From a phage, in the sequence record NC_129898.1: a stretch of 64,000 bases of DNA; one strand, written 5' to 3'. Below are positions 19,979 through 29,215 of the stretch, in pieces (the first letter of the stretch is position 1; each line of letters begins with the position of its first letter). The notes under the pieces were generated by a model. The model was not told the origin of the DNA and did no database searches. It worked only from the letters and a program-made list of their open reading frames with translations. The position numbers and the translations under genes were made by a program.

Positions 19979-21460
19979 TTATTTAGCGTACTCGATTAAT
20001 TCTACAGTTTTCCCAAAGCTTGGGATATAATTTTTATTATACCCTTCGGTGAGAACCCATAAAGTATCGTACTTTTTCCACTTGTTGTCAACAGCCTTTT
20101 GTTCAAAGTTATGCTCAAAGTATAGGTCGGTCAGGACGATGACATCTTTTGCATTTGGTATGTTAGCGTCCAGATACTCGAACACGCAAGCGGCTGTTGT
20201 TCCCCATGTTGAGTGGACCTCATAGTTGATCATCTCGTCGATGTTCCCGCGAGTGTATACTTTAACCTCTCCAACCTCAGTTGACCAACAGAACATCGTA
20301 ACCTTGAACTCTTTATACAGATTGCACAACCCAGTGATCTCATTGAACATTTTCTTTAAAGTTCTTTGGGAGATCGATCCAGAAACGTCTAGAGCCACCA
20401 CAATATCTATAGTGTTTTCCGGATTACGACCTGGAACAACAACGTGCTGATTCTTGTTTATAGCCCCAACTTTTCGCATTGTGCTGGTCAAAGACCCAGA
20501 TCGGCGACCGGGTTTTCTATAGGTTAGTTCAGCCTTTCGTTTAGACAGCATACGTTGCTTAATGATGTCTATATAATTGATTACAGGCTTACCTCTGTTC
20601 TTGACAAACTCACGCACAGCCTCAGGGCAACGACCTCCGGAAGCCTGCATTGCTGCTTCCAACATGTCACCAGAGTCCTGCATAGCTTGATCTTTATCAG
20701 ATTGACTGATCACTGGTTGTGGCTGATCATACCCCATCGCCTTTCCAAGATCATCACTAGTGCCACCGTTACCACTCATGTGATCATCGGTTTGTCGTTT
20801 ATCTCCTTGAGAGTTCTCGCCTTTACCGTTCTTACTTTTACCGCTATTCTGATCTCTTTGCTTATCAAGAACCGCATAGACGTTCTCAGCAATCCATCCA
20901 TGGAACCTCATGTCACAGTAGCAACTAGCTAAGAAGCCAAAAGGCTTACCTTTTACAAACGTAGTGCTTTTCCCCTTCGGGAAGAAAACACAAGGTGGCT
21001 TGCTAAAGTCAACCACAAGACCTGTGTTGATAACATGATCACAGGCAATATTGAACAGTTCCGGCTCAAAGCTTTTACCACGGACCAGATGATCACAGAT
21101 AATATGCCCCACCTCATGCGATAGAAGAAATGCCACCTCTTTCACAGATTTGGGGGAATAGAAAACCTCAGCCATCTCAAACTGCTTGTCAGTCAAAGAT
21201 GCCTTAAGAATGGTTTTGCGCTCATCAGCCAATCCCATAACGAACTCAGGACTGTAATAAATGCGTTTATGATCTGTTGCCATGGTGGAGCACCATGTGT
21301 GGTTTTCTACGAACTGCAACCCTGACAACAGTGTGCCATAAAACGGCAGTTTTTCAAGAAGATACATACGTGCTGCCTGCAGCATTCGCAAGGCGTCATC
21401 TTTTTGTGCGGCAATGATTTCTGAACTTCTGCTATCCATTAAAGCTCCAGAAGGGGCCAA
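19979..21460 (-). CDS. vWA-domain protein with N-terminal putative zinc metallopeptidase domain
   Basis: HExxH motif (HEVGHIICDH) in the N-terminal half; C-terminal vWA MIDAS motif DVSGS (IVVALDVSGSIS); Gln/Ser/Gly/Asp-rich linker. Confidence 0.7.
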   Translation of the reverse strand: MAPSGALMDSRSSEIIAAQKDDALRMLQAARMYLLEKLPFYGTLLSGLQFVENHTWCSTMATDHKRIYYSPEFVMGLADERKTILKASLTDKQFEMAEVFYSPKSVKEVAFLLSHEVGHIICDHLVRGKSFEPELFNIACDHVINTGLVVDFSKPPCVFFPKGKSTTFVKGKPFGFLASCYCDMRFHGWIAENVYAVLDKQRDQNSGKSKNGKGENSQGDKRQTDDHMSGNGGTSDDLGKAMGYDQPQPVISQSDKDQAMQDSGDMLEAAMQASGGRCPEAVREFVKNRGKPVINYIDIIKQRMLSKRKAELTYRKPGRRSGSLTSTMRKVGAINKNQHVVVPGRNPENTIDIVVALDVSGSISQRTLKKMFNEITGLCNLYKEFKVTMFCWSTEVGEVKVYTRGNIDEMINYEVHSTWGTTAACVFEYLDANIPNAKDVIVLTDLYFEHNFEQKAVDNKWKKYDTLWVLTEGYNKNYIPSFGKTVELIEYAK

Positions 21461-21472
21461 AGGCCCCTGTCA

Positions 21473-22528
21473 TTATTTAACGTGCTTGAAAATACCAGCC
21501 AACTCGGTCATCGTCATGCGAGTGGTCTTCATAAGGTCTGTCATAGCCTTCTCCATGATTGGAGATACTACCATAAAGTTACCTTTGGTGAAACCTTTAT
21601 TCCAGTCGGTTACTAATAGTGGTTTAAGTCCGGTACCGAGACGCTCACCAGTTAAAGCACAACATTTTCTAATGTACGTGCTCTTAAATTGACTGAATGA
21701 CAGATCAACTTTCATACCTGCATCGTAGAACGTCTGGCAATAGAAAGTGTAAGCTTTGGCAATCTCAACATCGTCAGGCAGTGCAGGAACCTCTTCTGTG
21801 AGCTCTTCTTCGGCCCCTTGAGGCTCTTTTTCCTCTTCGTGATCCTGTTGCATCATTTCTTCAATCTCTTCTGTTACAGGCTCGTTTACAATGTCAGAAA
21901 TGTGCTTGTTGGCTCCACGATTAGCCATGAAGTTTTTAAAATCCTGCATTGGTGACATATCTTCCTCCCATTCTTCGTCAAAGAGTGCTAGTTTATCCTC
22001 TTCAGTTCCATATTGCAAGATGAAATCTTCAAAAGTGTAATCACCTTTCAATTTCTCCATACGCTCTTCGCTCAGGTGGAGCATCATCTGCTGGACAATT
22101 TTTCGATCAGTTTTGTCTTTAATCAAGATTGCGGTCTTTTTATCTACCAGGCAGTCTTTCAGAGAGTTACACCTCAATCCTACCACACAACAGTTATCAA
22201 TTGCGTAAGGACCTTCATCATCTATCCGCTCCAGAGATGGGTAGAAAGGATTCCCCAGCCCGTTTTCATCTGTGTGCATGTCGAAAGGTATAAGGGTATA
22301 GTCGCATACCCCCTCTCCTAAAAGTTTTTTACCAAATAGGAGGTATTCTTCCCATGACAGGTTGAACTCTATATCTCGTTTCCGTGCATTATTTTGTTTG
22401 CGTCTGTATTTTTTGAGCAGGCGCTCTAACTCTTCTGGTGTATAATATTTTTCAAGATTCATGAGTTGTCTCTTGTGCTCTGTAGGTGGAGAAATCTTAT
22501 CAAGCACCTGGGAATATGTCAACCTCAA
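21473..22528 (-). CDS. tandem HNH-like (His-Me finger family) domain protein, putative homing-endonuclease relative
   Basis: Two copies of a motif set (RKRDIEFNLS...C.YT...PSLERIDDEGPYAIDN and KVDLSFSQF...CALTGE...VTDWNKGFTKGNFMVV) flank an acidic linker. Confidence 0.4.
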   Translation of the reverse strand: MRLTYSQVLDKISPPTEHKRQLMNLEKYYTPEELERLLKKYRRKQNNARKRDIEFNLSWEEYLLFGKKLLGEGVCDYTLIPFDMHTDENGLGNPFYPSLERIDDEGPYAIDNCCVVGLRCNSLKDCLVDKKTAILIKDKTDRKIVQQMMLHLSEERMEKLKGDYTFEDFILQYGTEEDKLALFDEEWEEDMSPMQDFKNFMANRGANKHISDIVNEPVTEEIEEMMQQDHEEEKEPQGAEEELTEEVPALPDDVEIAKAYTFYCQTFYDAGMKVDLSFSQFKSTYIRKCCALTGERLGTGLKPLLVTDWNKGFTKGNFMVVSPIMEKAMTDLMKTTRMTMTELAGIFKHVK

Positions 22529-22535
22529 AAACGTG

Positions 22536-22564
22536 TTGACTTTACTCTAAATCCACGATATAGT
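22536..22564 (+). promoter_or_regulatory. sigma70-like promoter (TTGACT-17-TATAGT) in divergent intergenic region
   Basis: Hexamers with 17-nt spacer upstream of RBS AGGAG and ATG 22605. Confidence 0.55.
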
Positions 22565-22604
22565 TCACCCATTCGAAAGAAAACGAACACAGGAGTACTT
22601 AATC

Positions 22605-23504
22605 ATGGCAAATCTTAACAGCTTTAGCACTCGATGGAAACAAGATATCACAACTAATCTCTCTGCAGGCGATATCCTTTCTGCAATTTACGAGGCTTTG
22701 GATGATAAAGCTACTTCAAAATCGGTTTGTACCAACCCGTTAATTCCTATGGTAATGAAGGTGATTGAGCGTAGGTTGGTATCCGGATCTGATAAGTGGA
22801 CATATCTGGATAATGGAGGCCACACTTACTCCAACGGATATGTCGATATAAAAGTAGAATATGCGGTATCATATCGCCGGAGCGGCTCTGTAACTTTCAA
22901 CTTCTCTGGTGGTTTCCGATCTTTGGCAACTTCACCTTTTGTTTCCTCAGAGGAGAGGTTTGAACTTCCGTTCCTTTGGATGATGGCTAACGCGACAGGC
23001 AAAACCCCTGTAAGCATTCGCGTAAAATACAACTACAACGGATCTAGTAAGATCTATGCCGAGAGTGTCTCAGCAAGTTTTTATTTTGTGATGGGGGATG
23101 GAATCCTCAAACATATAAAGATGTGCGATATGCATGATGTTATAAATGAAGTGACTGATAAGAATGTTCTGGTGAAGGATCTCAACAATTTTTATACACC
23201 GGGAGACTATTACGTCAACCGTCCACTGTGCATCTTTAATGCTGTACACCCTTTAGGTGAGTATTTGATCGCCAATAGTGATATTGCCAATAACCGCTTC
23301 GAGGTAGCAAGAGTACAGAATGAGGTATTGACATCTTGCAAGAGTGGTGATAAGTTTACCGAAGAAGAGCTGGGTGTTTTAGAAATGATGGGATATAAGT
23401 GCAGTCTTTGGGTAGATGAGGTGTTTAATGACGGCATCTACGGACAGGATATTTACCCGTTAAAGAAGTATACTGATTCCAGTTTAATTTACGCGGAGAT
23501 TTGA
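22605..23504 (+). CDS. hypothetical protein
   Basis: 299-aa ORF, first gene of the plus-strand early block. Confidence 0.55.
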   Translation: MANLNSFSTRWKQDITTNLSAGDILSAIYEALDDKATSKSVCTNPLIPMVMKVIERRLVSGSDKWTYLDNGGHTYSNGYVDIKVEYAVSYRRSGSVTFNFSGGFRSLATSPFVSSEERFELPFLWMMANATGKTPVSIRVKYNYNGSSKIYAESVSASFYFVMGDGILKHIKMCDMHDVINEVTDKNVLVKDLNNFYTPGDYYVNRPLCIFNAVHPLGEYLIANSDIANNRFEVARVQNEVLTSCKSGDKFTEEELGVLEMMGYKCSLWVDEVFNDGIYGQDIYPLKKYTDSSLIYAEI

Positions 23505-23779
23505 CTATGATGAAGGCATGTGGTAGTGTATACTATGTGGGTGAAAATGTTCAGGCAGACAGTGTGTGGAAATCCATTAAGTCCACCACCGATGATGCCT
23601 TCTTGAGCGGGTTATGTTTCCCCAATCCTGGAGACATTCTCCCTCACCCTGGGGATTTTGTTGTTAACAAGACAGATGGTTATACTGTGTGCCTGATGGT
23701 TGAAAAAATCTTTTTAGACACTAGACACAATCACCGTCTTGTGTTAAGATTTCAAGAATGTAAAATGACAGTTGCCTAA
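23501..23779 (+). CDS. hypothetical protein
   Basis: 92-aa ORF coupled to the upstream gene. Confidence 0.45.
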   Translation: MTMMKACGSVYYVGENVQADSVWKSIKSTTDDAFLSGLCFPNPGDILPHPGDFVVNKTDGYTVCLMVEKIFLDTRHNHRLVLRFQECKMTVA

Positions 23780-23791
23780 GGAGGCCTACCA

Positions 23792-24148
23792 ATGTCTAAA
23801 GTTACTTATCGTGCAGCTATTTACTGCAATGAGCAACCAATCAATAGTGATGGTCACTGCTTTTTTAAAGAAAATCAGTTGGGCTGTATTGCCCTCCTTG
23901 ATGAAGGGGAAGGTTATATGATTGCATTGACAGGGTTTGAGCCTGAAGCCTTGGAAGCCAATCTGGACTACCTGGTAGAGAAGGGTGCTGCAGACTTGGT
24001 TGCCAATGGCCTCTCCATAAGCCTTGAAGAAGTGGAGCGCTTCATGGGCAACTACCGTGTAGTGCGTGAGTTTACTATCGAGGTGGAAACTCCAGAGTGG
24101 GGTAGCACCGAAACTAATGCTGAAGAAAAAGAAGAGGAGACAGAATAA
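23792..24148 (+). CDS. hypothetical protein with acidic C-terminus
   Basis: 118-aa ORF after RBS AAGGAGG. Confidence 0.5.
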   Translation: MSKVTYRAAIYCNEQPINSDGHCFFKENQLGCIALLDEGEGYMIALTGFEPEALEANLDYLVEKGAADLVANGLSISLEEVERFMGNYRVVREFTIEVETPEWGSTETNAEEKEEETE

Positions 24149-24405
24149 TGAAAGTACAGATCTTGACTAATGCCGAGAAGATGTTTATTGAAGATACGCC
24201 TTTTGAAACTGGTGAGCTACAGTTTGTATATTTTGTTGACTTAGATAAGGTTTTTCCTGCGCTTAATCTGGGTTTGGAGAAAGTACCTTATAAAACTCTA
24301 TGCCAGGTTGTCCGTGCCTTAGCAGCAGATGGAGAGTTCCACACCCTTGAAGATATCCAGACCTATGGGTATCTTGAACTGCAACGAGAAGAAGAGGTAG
24401 ACTGA
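24148..24405 (+). CDS. hypothetical protein
   Basis: 85-aa ORF with ATGA overlap. Confidence 0.45.
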   Translation: MKVQILTNAEKMFIEDTPFETGELQFVYFVDLDKVFPALNLGLEKVPYKTLCQVVRALAADGEFHTLEDIQTYGYLELQREEEVD

Positions 24406-24407
24406 TA

Positions 24408-24788
24408 ATGGCCCAGTGGAAGACAACAGTTGACCTTCATGATCAGTGGTTAGGACGCATAACTGAGGACGGGAAACTGGTAGAGTGGGACAACAAGCAT
24501 GTTAGCGAGTTGGCAAGTATTGTGGCTGGCAAGTTACGCTCCAAGTTCCCTGAACAGCTGGATCCTGATAGTTCAAAGTTCGATCCTGAGTTGGAGGATG
24601 TTGTATACTACTTCGATACCGTTGATGACTACGACGCGTGGTTTGCAGCACGAGAGCTTTACCCACAAGGCTCTGCTATGCGCCAGATGGAAGAAGATTA
24701 TCCTCCGTGTGAGCAATTCAATAGTGCAATGACTTGCCTCTATGATTGGGCAGATAAGAACCTTGTCTGGATTCGGACTGCATTTTAG
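24408..24788 (+). CDS. hypothetical protein
   Basis: 126-aa ORF. Confidence 0.5.
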   Translation: MAQWKTTVDLHDQWLGRITEDGKLVEWDNKHVSELASIVAGKLRSKFPEQLDPDSSKFDPELEDVVYYFDTVDDYDAWFAARELYPQGSAMRQMEEDYPPCEQFNSAMTCLYDWADKNLVWIRTAF

Positions 24789-24832
24789 TGGGTAGGGATG
24801 GCGGCAAGGATGCTGCTTAAGGAGTAGTAGAG

Positions 24833-25102
24833 ATGTTATACCAGCAGTACGAACTTCGTGCAGAAAAAGAATTAAATTTTGACAAAGATATTCACAGATA
24901 TTATTATGGGAAAGTTAGAGGGCAAGCAAGAAAGTGTACTCCAACACTTTTTTATGCCAGCAGACGACTAGCGCCAGAAGAGGCAACAGCAGAAAGGGTT
25001 GCATATGGCTGGAGAGTTGCGTATGATATTGACAGATCCGATGTGATGTCTGTTTTGGAAAACTTTGAAAACACTTACACACAAGTAGAGGACTTTTACT
25101 AA
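24833..25102 (+). CDS. hypothetical protein
   Basis: 89-aa ORF; stop overlaps the MoxR start. Confidence 0.45.
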   Translation: MLYQQYELRAEKELNFDKDIHRYYYGKVRGQARKCTPTLFYASRRLAPEEATAERVAYGWRVAYDIDRSDVMSVLENFENTYTQVEDFY

Positions 25103-26286
25103 TGTCAAGAAACGTATTCGAAAGTGGTCAAATCACTGTCCGCGAGTTGCCAGCTATTATTCAATTTGCCCAGCGTCATAACCGATCCGTCCTGATTTTA
25201 GGACCGATGGGTGTGGGGAAGAGTCAGGTGATGAAGCAGATTGCTGATAATATGTTCGGTGAGCGAGATGACAACCTGGTTGACGTGCGGTTGTCAGATA
25301 AAGATCCTGCTGACTTATCTGGACTGCCTATCCCTGTGGAGGCAGATGGAACTACACGTACCGTGTTTGCAATTCCAGAATTTTGGCCTGCGGACTCGGA
25401 CTGGAGCGGAATTATCTTTCTGGATGAGCTTACTCATGCAGATAACTACCTGCAGAAGGTTGCAATGCAAATTATGCTCGACCACAAGTGCGGCACCTAT
25501 GCATTTCCTAAGGGCTCTGTTTTTGTAGCTGCAGGTAACCGTGCTACAGACGGTGCTGTTCTTTCGGCACTCGAAGCTCCTCTAGCTAACCGCTTTATCA
25601 TTGTAGAAGTTACAAGCAATGCAGAGGTGTTTATTGAGGACTATGCATTCCTTAATGGGGTGCACTCCTCGGTAATTGGATATCTGAAAAGAGTCCCATC
25701 AGCCATCGATAATTATGAGGCCATGGCTGAGATTAATTGTCCATCTTTTGCTACACCGCGATCTTGGGTTGCTGCATCTGACATCCTGCACGATTTTGAC
25801 AGCGGTATTATTTCTGACGCTATGGCTCGTGTTCTTCTGCAAGGCGCTATCGGTCACACTGCAGCGGTAGAAATCTGGACCTACCACACCAAGAAACGAA
25901 ACTTGCCAGAAATCGGTCGGATTATGGCAGGGGGTTGCAAAGAGTATGTAGGTCCTAAGCAGCCAGACATCTTGTGGATTCTGGGGTCTGAAGGTTGTAT
26001 CGCTATTCGTAACATGATGGAAAATGCAAGTATCTCCGACGAAGATCTTGTCAGCTGTGTGGCAAACTTCCTTGATTTCCTTTGGGAAAATTTCAAGGAT
26101 GAGAACCGAGACTTTGTATTCTCAGTCTTTATGGCAATGATGAAACCCAACGCCCTAGGAAATGCCTTACTTATTGGTAAAGGTCGGGACAAGATCGTTG
26201 CTCAGCTGATCAAAGCATACCCAAACCTGATGAAGATTGTAAAAGAGTTTGGTGAAGAGTTTAGCGCCATTTTAGCTAAAGCTTGA
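25102..26286 (+). CDS. MoxR-family AAA+ ATPase (CbbQ/NorQ/CobS-like)
   Basis: Walker A LILGPMGVGKSQ and Walker B IIFLDELTHA at spacing typical of AAA_5/MoxR proteins. Confidence 0.75.
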   Translation: MSRNVFESGQITVRELPAIIQFAQRHNRSVLILGPMGVGKSQVMKQIADNMFGERDDNLVDVRLSDKDPADLSGLPIPVEADGTTRTVFAIPEFWPADSDWSGIIFLDELTHADNYLQKVAMQIMLDHKCGTYAFPKGSVFVAAGNRATDGAVLSALEAPLANRFIIVEVTSNAEVFIEDYAFLNGVHSSVIGYLKRVPSAIDNYEAMAEINCPSFATPRSWVAASDILHDFDSGIISDAMARVLLQGAIGHTAAVEIWTYHTKKRNLPEIGRIMAGGCKEYVGPKQPDILWILGSEGCIAIRNMMENASISDEDLVSCVANFLDFLWENFKDENRDFVFSVFMAMMKPNALGNALLIGKGRDKIVAQLIKAYPNLMKIVKEFGEEFSAILAKA

Positions 26287-26295
26287 GGAGGTTGT

Positions 26296-26676
26296 ATGGC
26301 TAAAGTAGGTAAGCGGGGAAACTACCTGGTGGTATTGACCGAGGAGCCGGAAAAGGAGTACGAATGCAGCTCCACTTGCGTGATCGATATCCGAGAAAAA
26401 GATGTAGATGAAATCTGGTTTAAAATATTGGACGCTTGCGACAGCAGTGACTATTTCTTCATCTATGTCAACGATAAAGCGGGGTTCTTCCATGACGATG
26501 GAGAGTTACCGTATGAAATCTATGAACTTGTAGAGGCTTGCCATCGTGGAGATGCGGAGTTGTTTGGTCTACGGCTGAAAAGTGGTAAGTTCTTCTACCA
26601 AGACGAATGCATGAATCTTCACAACTTCGTAGAGGGAACTTGCAACGATGGAGAGATTCTGGCACACTACGACTAA
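26296..26676 (+). CDS. hypothetical protein
   Basis: 126-aa ORF after RBS GAGGAGG. Confidence 0.5.
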   Translation: MAKVGKRGNYLVVLTEEPEKEYECSSTCVIDIREKDVDEIWFKILDACDSSDYFFIYVNDKAGFFHDDGELPYEIYELVEACHRGDAELFGLRLKSGKFFYQDECMNLHNFVEGTCNDGEILAHYD

Positions 26677-26688
26677 TTTCTAAGACCA

Positions 26689-26718
26689 CCCCCGCTTCGG
26701 CGGGGATTTTCTATTTGG
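26689..26718 (+). terminator. rho-independent terminator
   Basis: Hairpin ccccgc-ttcg-gcgggg plus T-tract; same hairpin as at 515-533. Confidence 0.7.
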
Positions 26719-26725
26719 AGTTATT

Positions 26726-27226
26726 GTGAAAATTAAAATCTTTGCTATTATTTTGAGCGCATTTTTATCGCTGCCTGTTGTTGCAGCACCAAAACAAAAA
26801 GTATATCACACCTGCAAGCCATCGGATACTAAGGAGAACATTCTGGCATGCAATATCTACAGGGAAGCCAGAGGAGATGGCACGATGGGTATGTTGGCAT
26901 CTGGGTTTGCCACACTGAACAGGAAATCTCACCCTAAATACCCAGACACTATAAGAAAGATTGTCTACCAACCTAACCAGTTTTCGTGGACAAACCACGG
27001 CAAAACTTTTAAGGTGACAGAAAAAGATTCATGGGATCACGCTAAAAGTCTTGCAAAGATGCTTCTAAAGGTCTATAATAACAACCATGTTGCATACATG
27101 GCTATGGATATAACAGGTGGAGCAACACACTATCATACAACAAAAGTACGACCGGAATGGGCAAAAAAGATGCAGAGGACAGCTCAATTCGGGAGTCATA
27201 TCTACTACAAGGAGCGCAATAAATGA
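26726..27226 (+). CDS. SleB-type cell wall hydrolase (Hydrolase_2 family) with N-terminal signal peptide; candidate secreted endolysin
   Basis: N-terminal MKIKIFAIILSAFLSLPVVAAP signal-like segment; motifs NIYREARGDG and YQPNQFSW match the SleB family signature. Confidence 0.65.
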   Translation: MKIKIFAIILSAFLSLPVVAAPKQKVYHTCKPSDTKENILACNIYREARGDGTMGMLASGFATLNRKSHPKYPDTIRKIVYQPNQFSWTNHGKTFKVTEKDSWDHAKSLAKMLLKVYNNNHVAYMAMDITGGATHYHTTKVRPEWAKKMQRTAQFGSHIYYKERNK

Positions 27227-29205
27227 TTGTAAACAGTAATGAAACTAAAGCAGTGCTAACTGGGAATATGGAGGTCACAAGGGGATCAATTTCTCTGAAT
27301 AAAGAGACTTTTGGGTTAATCATTAAAGGGATTTATGAAGATAAGGTGCTGGCAAGCTGCCGTGAACCAATCTTCAATGCTGTAGACTCCCATGTTGAGT
27401 CTGGACGGAGTGATGTACCGATCATTATTCACTCTCCTACAGATCTTGAACCATACTTCTTTGTGCAGGACGTTGGCCTAGGCATGTCAGAAGAGATGGT
27501 CCGCAACACCTTCATGAACCTCGGTGAGTCAACCAAGCGCAATAGCAACGCTCTGGTTGGTAATAAGGGTGTTGGTTCAAAGGCCCCGTTCAGCATGGTA
27601 GACACTTTCGATGTAATCAGTGTGCACAATGGTGTGGAAAGCACATATCTATTGTTCTTGGATCAGGGCATCCCAAATGTCACCAAGATCCGTGAGCGGA
27701 AGACTGAAGAGCACAACGGGGTAAAAGTTCAGTTTCATGTTAAGAAAGAGCATGTTCTGAAATATCGCACTGCTATTGCATCATGTTTGCGCTATGCAAA
27801 ATTTCCGTTCACTGTCACCGATCCGATGACGAGCAAGATGCTGGAGGGAGACAAAGTAGAGGCGCAGTATTATTATGAAAAAGATGGTTGGAAGATGACC
27901 ATCCTGAAGGGCTATACCAGTTCTGACGAGAGTCGTGTGGTAATGGGTCACCAACCTTACCGTTCTAAGTTCCTGGAAACACTAACAGATTATCCTGCAA
28001 TTTGTGTAGAGATCCCTATCGGAGATTGCAATATTAACCCAGGGCGTGAATGGACCATAGAAGGTCACGATGATGGTGGATTCCAAGAGCGTTTGGAAGC
28101 TTTTGTCAAAGAAGGCATTCGCCTTCGTGGAGCAGAAGTTGTTGCAGAACTAGAGACAGCAAAAACATCCTCAGAAGCACGCGAGATGATGAAGAACAGT
28201 GGAGTGTTCGGGCACATCTTCGGTAAGAATTTTATGTATGACCGCTGGGAAGAAACAGGGCTAGGGAATTTGGGGGACTGCGAGATCTTCGCTGGCGGCT
28301 TAAATAAAGGCCGCATAGGTTACGCCTGCTACGGAAAGGTAGAATTCTTACGGGGAGTTTATTTAGTATTTAACGACGGAGACGGCAAATATAACCGGAA
28401 TAAGTGTAACTACTTAAGCGAGATCACCGGACGCAACGTTTTCTATTGCCGTAACACGGATCTGGTGAAAGAGTTTAAAGAGGCGGCACACCATCCGTTT
28501 TTTGCAGATACGGTCAAATTGTTATCAGAGCTCCCTCGCCGACCTGTGAAGAAAGGTGAAACAAAAACTCGTTATGAGCCCGGTTATTGGGTTAAAAAAC
28601 TTGAGAAGGATGGTTACTTCCGTCGTGAGCGTATTACCAAGGCAGAGTTCAGGAAGATTAAGCACTGCATACCGTATGAGGGGGATATCCAACGCGGAAG
28701 TTGTTGGCTAGGGCAGATGAGTAACATCTACCAGCAAAATTATGACCGTGTGCGTGCGGCACTCCAGATCCCTGAAGGTGAAGATCTGTACCTGGTATCA
28801 GAATCTCGTCTGCTTTGGACTGATCCTAATTGCCAATATGTTACAGAGAAGAATGTGGAACATTTGCTGAAAGAGGATGCTTGGAAATTCTTACTGACTC
28901 GCGCAGCAAATGAAACTTCATATGACAGCCTGTACAGACAGTTAGGTAAAATTATACCCATGCAGGATTTTGGAAATTATCAGCCACATTTCCACAAGTG
29001 GGAAGGTAGCACCACGTGGAAGTATGGTGAGCTGAATCATCGTGCCAAAGTCTTAATCGCCAACCGAGTTAAGTGCGGGAAGGCCTATATTGCAAGATTG
29101 GAAAAGAAATATCCACTTTTAAAGCATGTAGGCTTGAAATATTGGGACACCCCTGCTATGATTGAATACCGTGAACTGATCGATACAAAGAATAACATCA
29201 AATAA
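27223..29205 (+). CDS. GHKL-type ATPase domain protein, possibly rIIA-like
   Basis: N-terminal Bergerat-fold motifs: N-box EPIFNAVDS, G1 box QDVGLGMS, G2 box VGNKGVGSKAPFS; 660 aa; followed by a candidate rIIB-like gene. Confidence 0.55.
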   Translation: MIVNSNETKAVLTGNMEVTRGSISLNKETFGLIIKGIYEDKVLASCREPIFNAVDSHVESGRSDVPIIIHSPTDLEPYFFVQDVGLGMSEEMVRNTFMNLGESTKRNSNALVGNKGVGSKAPFSMVDTFDVISVHNGVESTYLLFLDQGIPNVTKIRERKTEEHNGVKVQFHVKKEHVLKYRTAIASCLRYAKFPFTVTDPMTSKMLEGDKVEAQYYYEKDGWKMTILKGYTSSDESRVVMGHQPYRSKFLETLTDYPAICVEIPIGDCNINPGREWTIEGHDDGGFQERLEAFVKEGIRLRGAEVVAELETAKTSSEAREMMKNSGVFGHIFGKNFMYDRWEETGLGNLGDCEIFAGGLNKGRIGYACYGKVEFLRGVYLVFNDGDGKYNRNKCNYLSEITGRNVFYCRNTDLVKEFKEAAHHPFFADTVKLLSELPRRPVKKGETKTRYEPGYWVKKLEKDGYFRRERITKAEFRKIKHCIPYEGDIQRGSCWLGQMSNIYQQNYDRVRAALQIPEGEDLYLVSESRLLWTDPNCQYVTEKNVEHLLKEDAWKFLLTRAANETSYDSLYRQLGKIIPMQDFGNYQPHFHKWEGSTTWKYGELNHRAKVLIANRVKCGKAYIARLEKKYPLLKHVGLKYWDTPAMIEYRELIDTKNNIK

Positions 29206-29215
29206 GGAGACCAAG

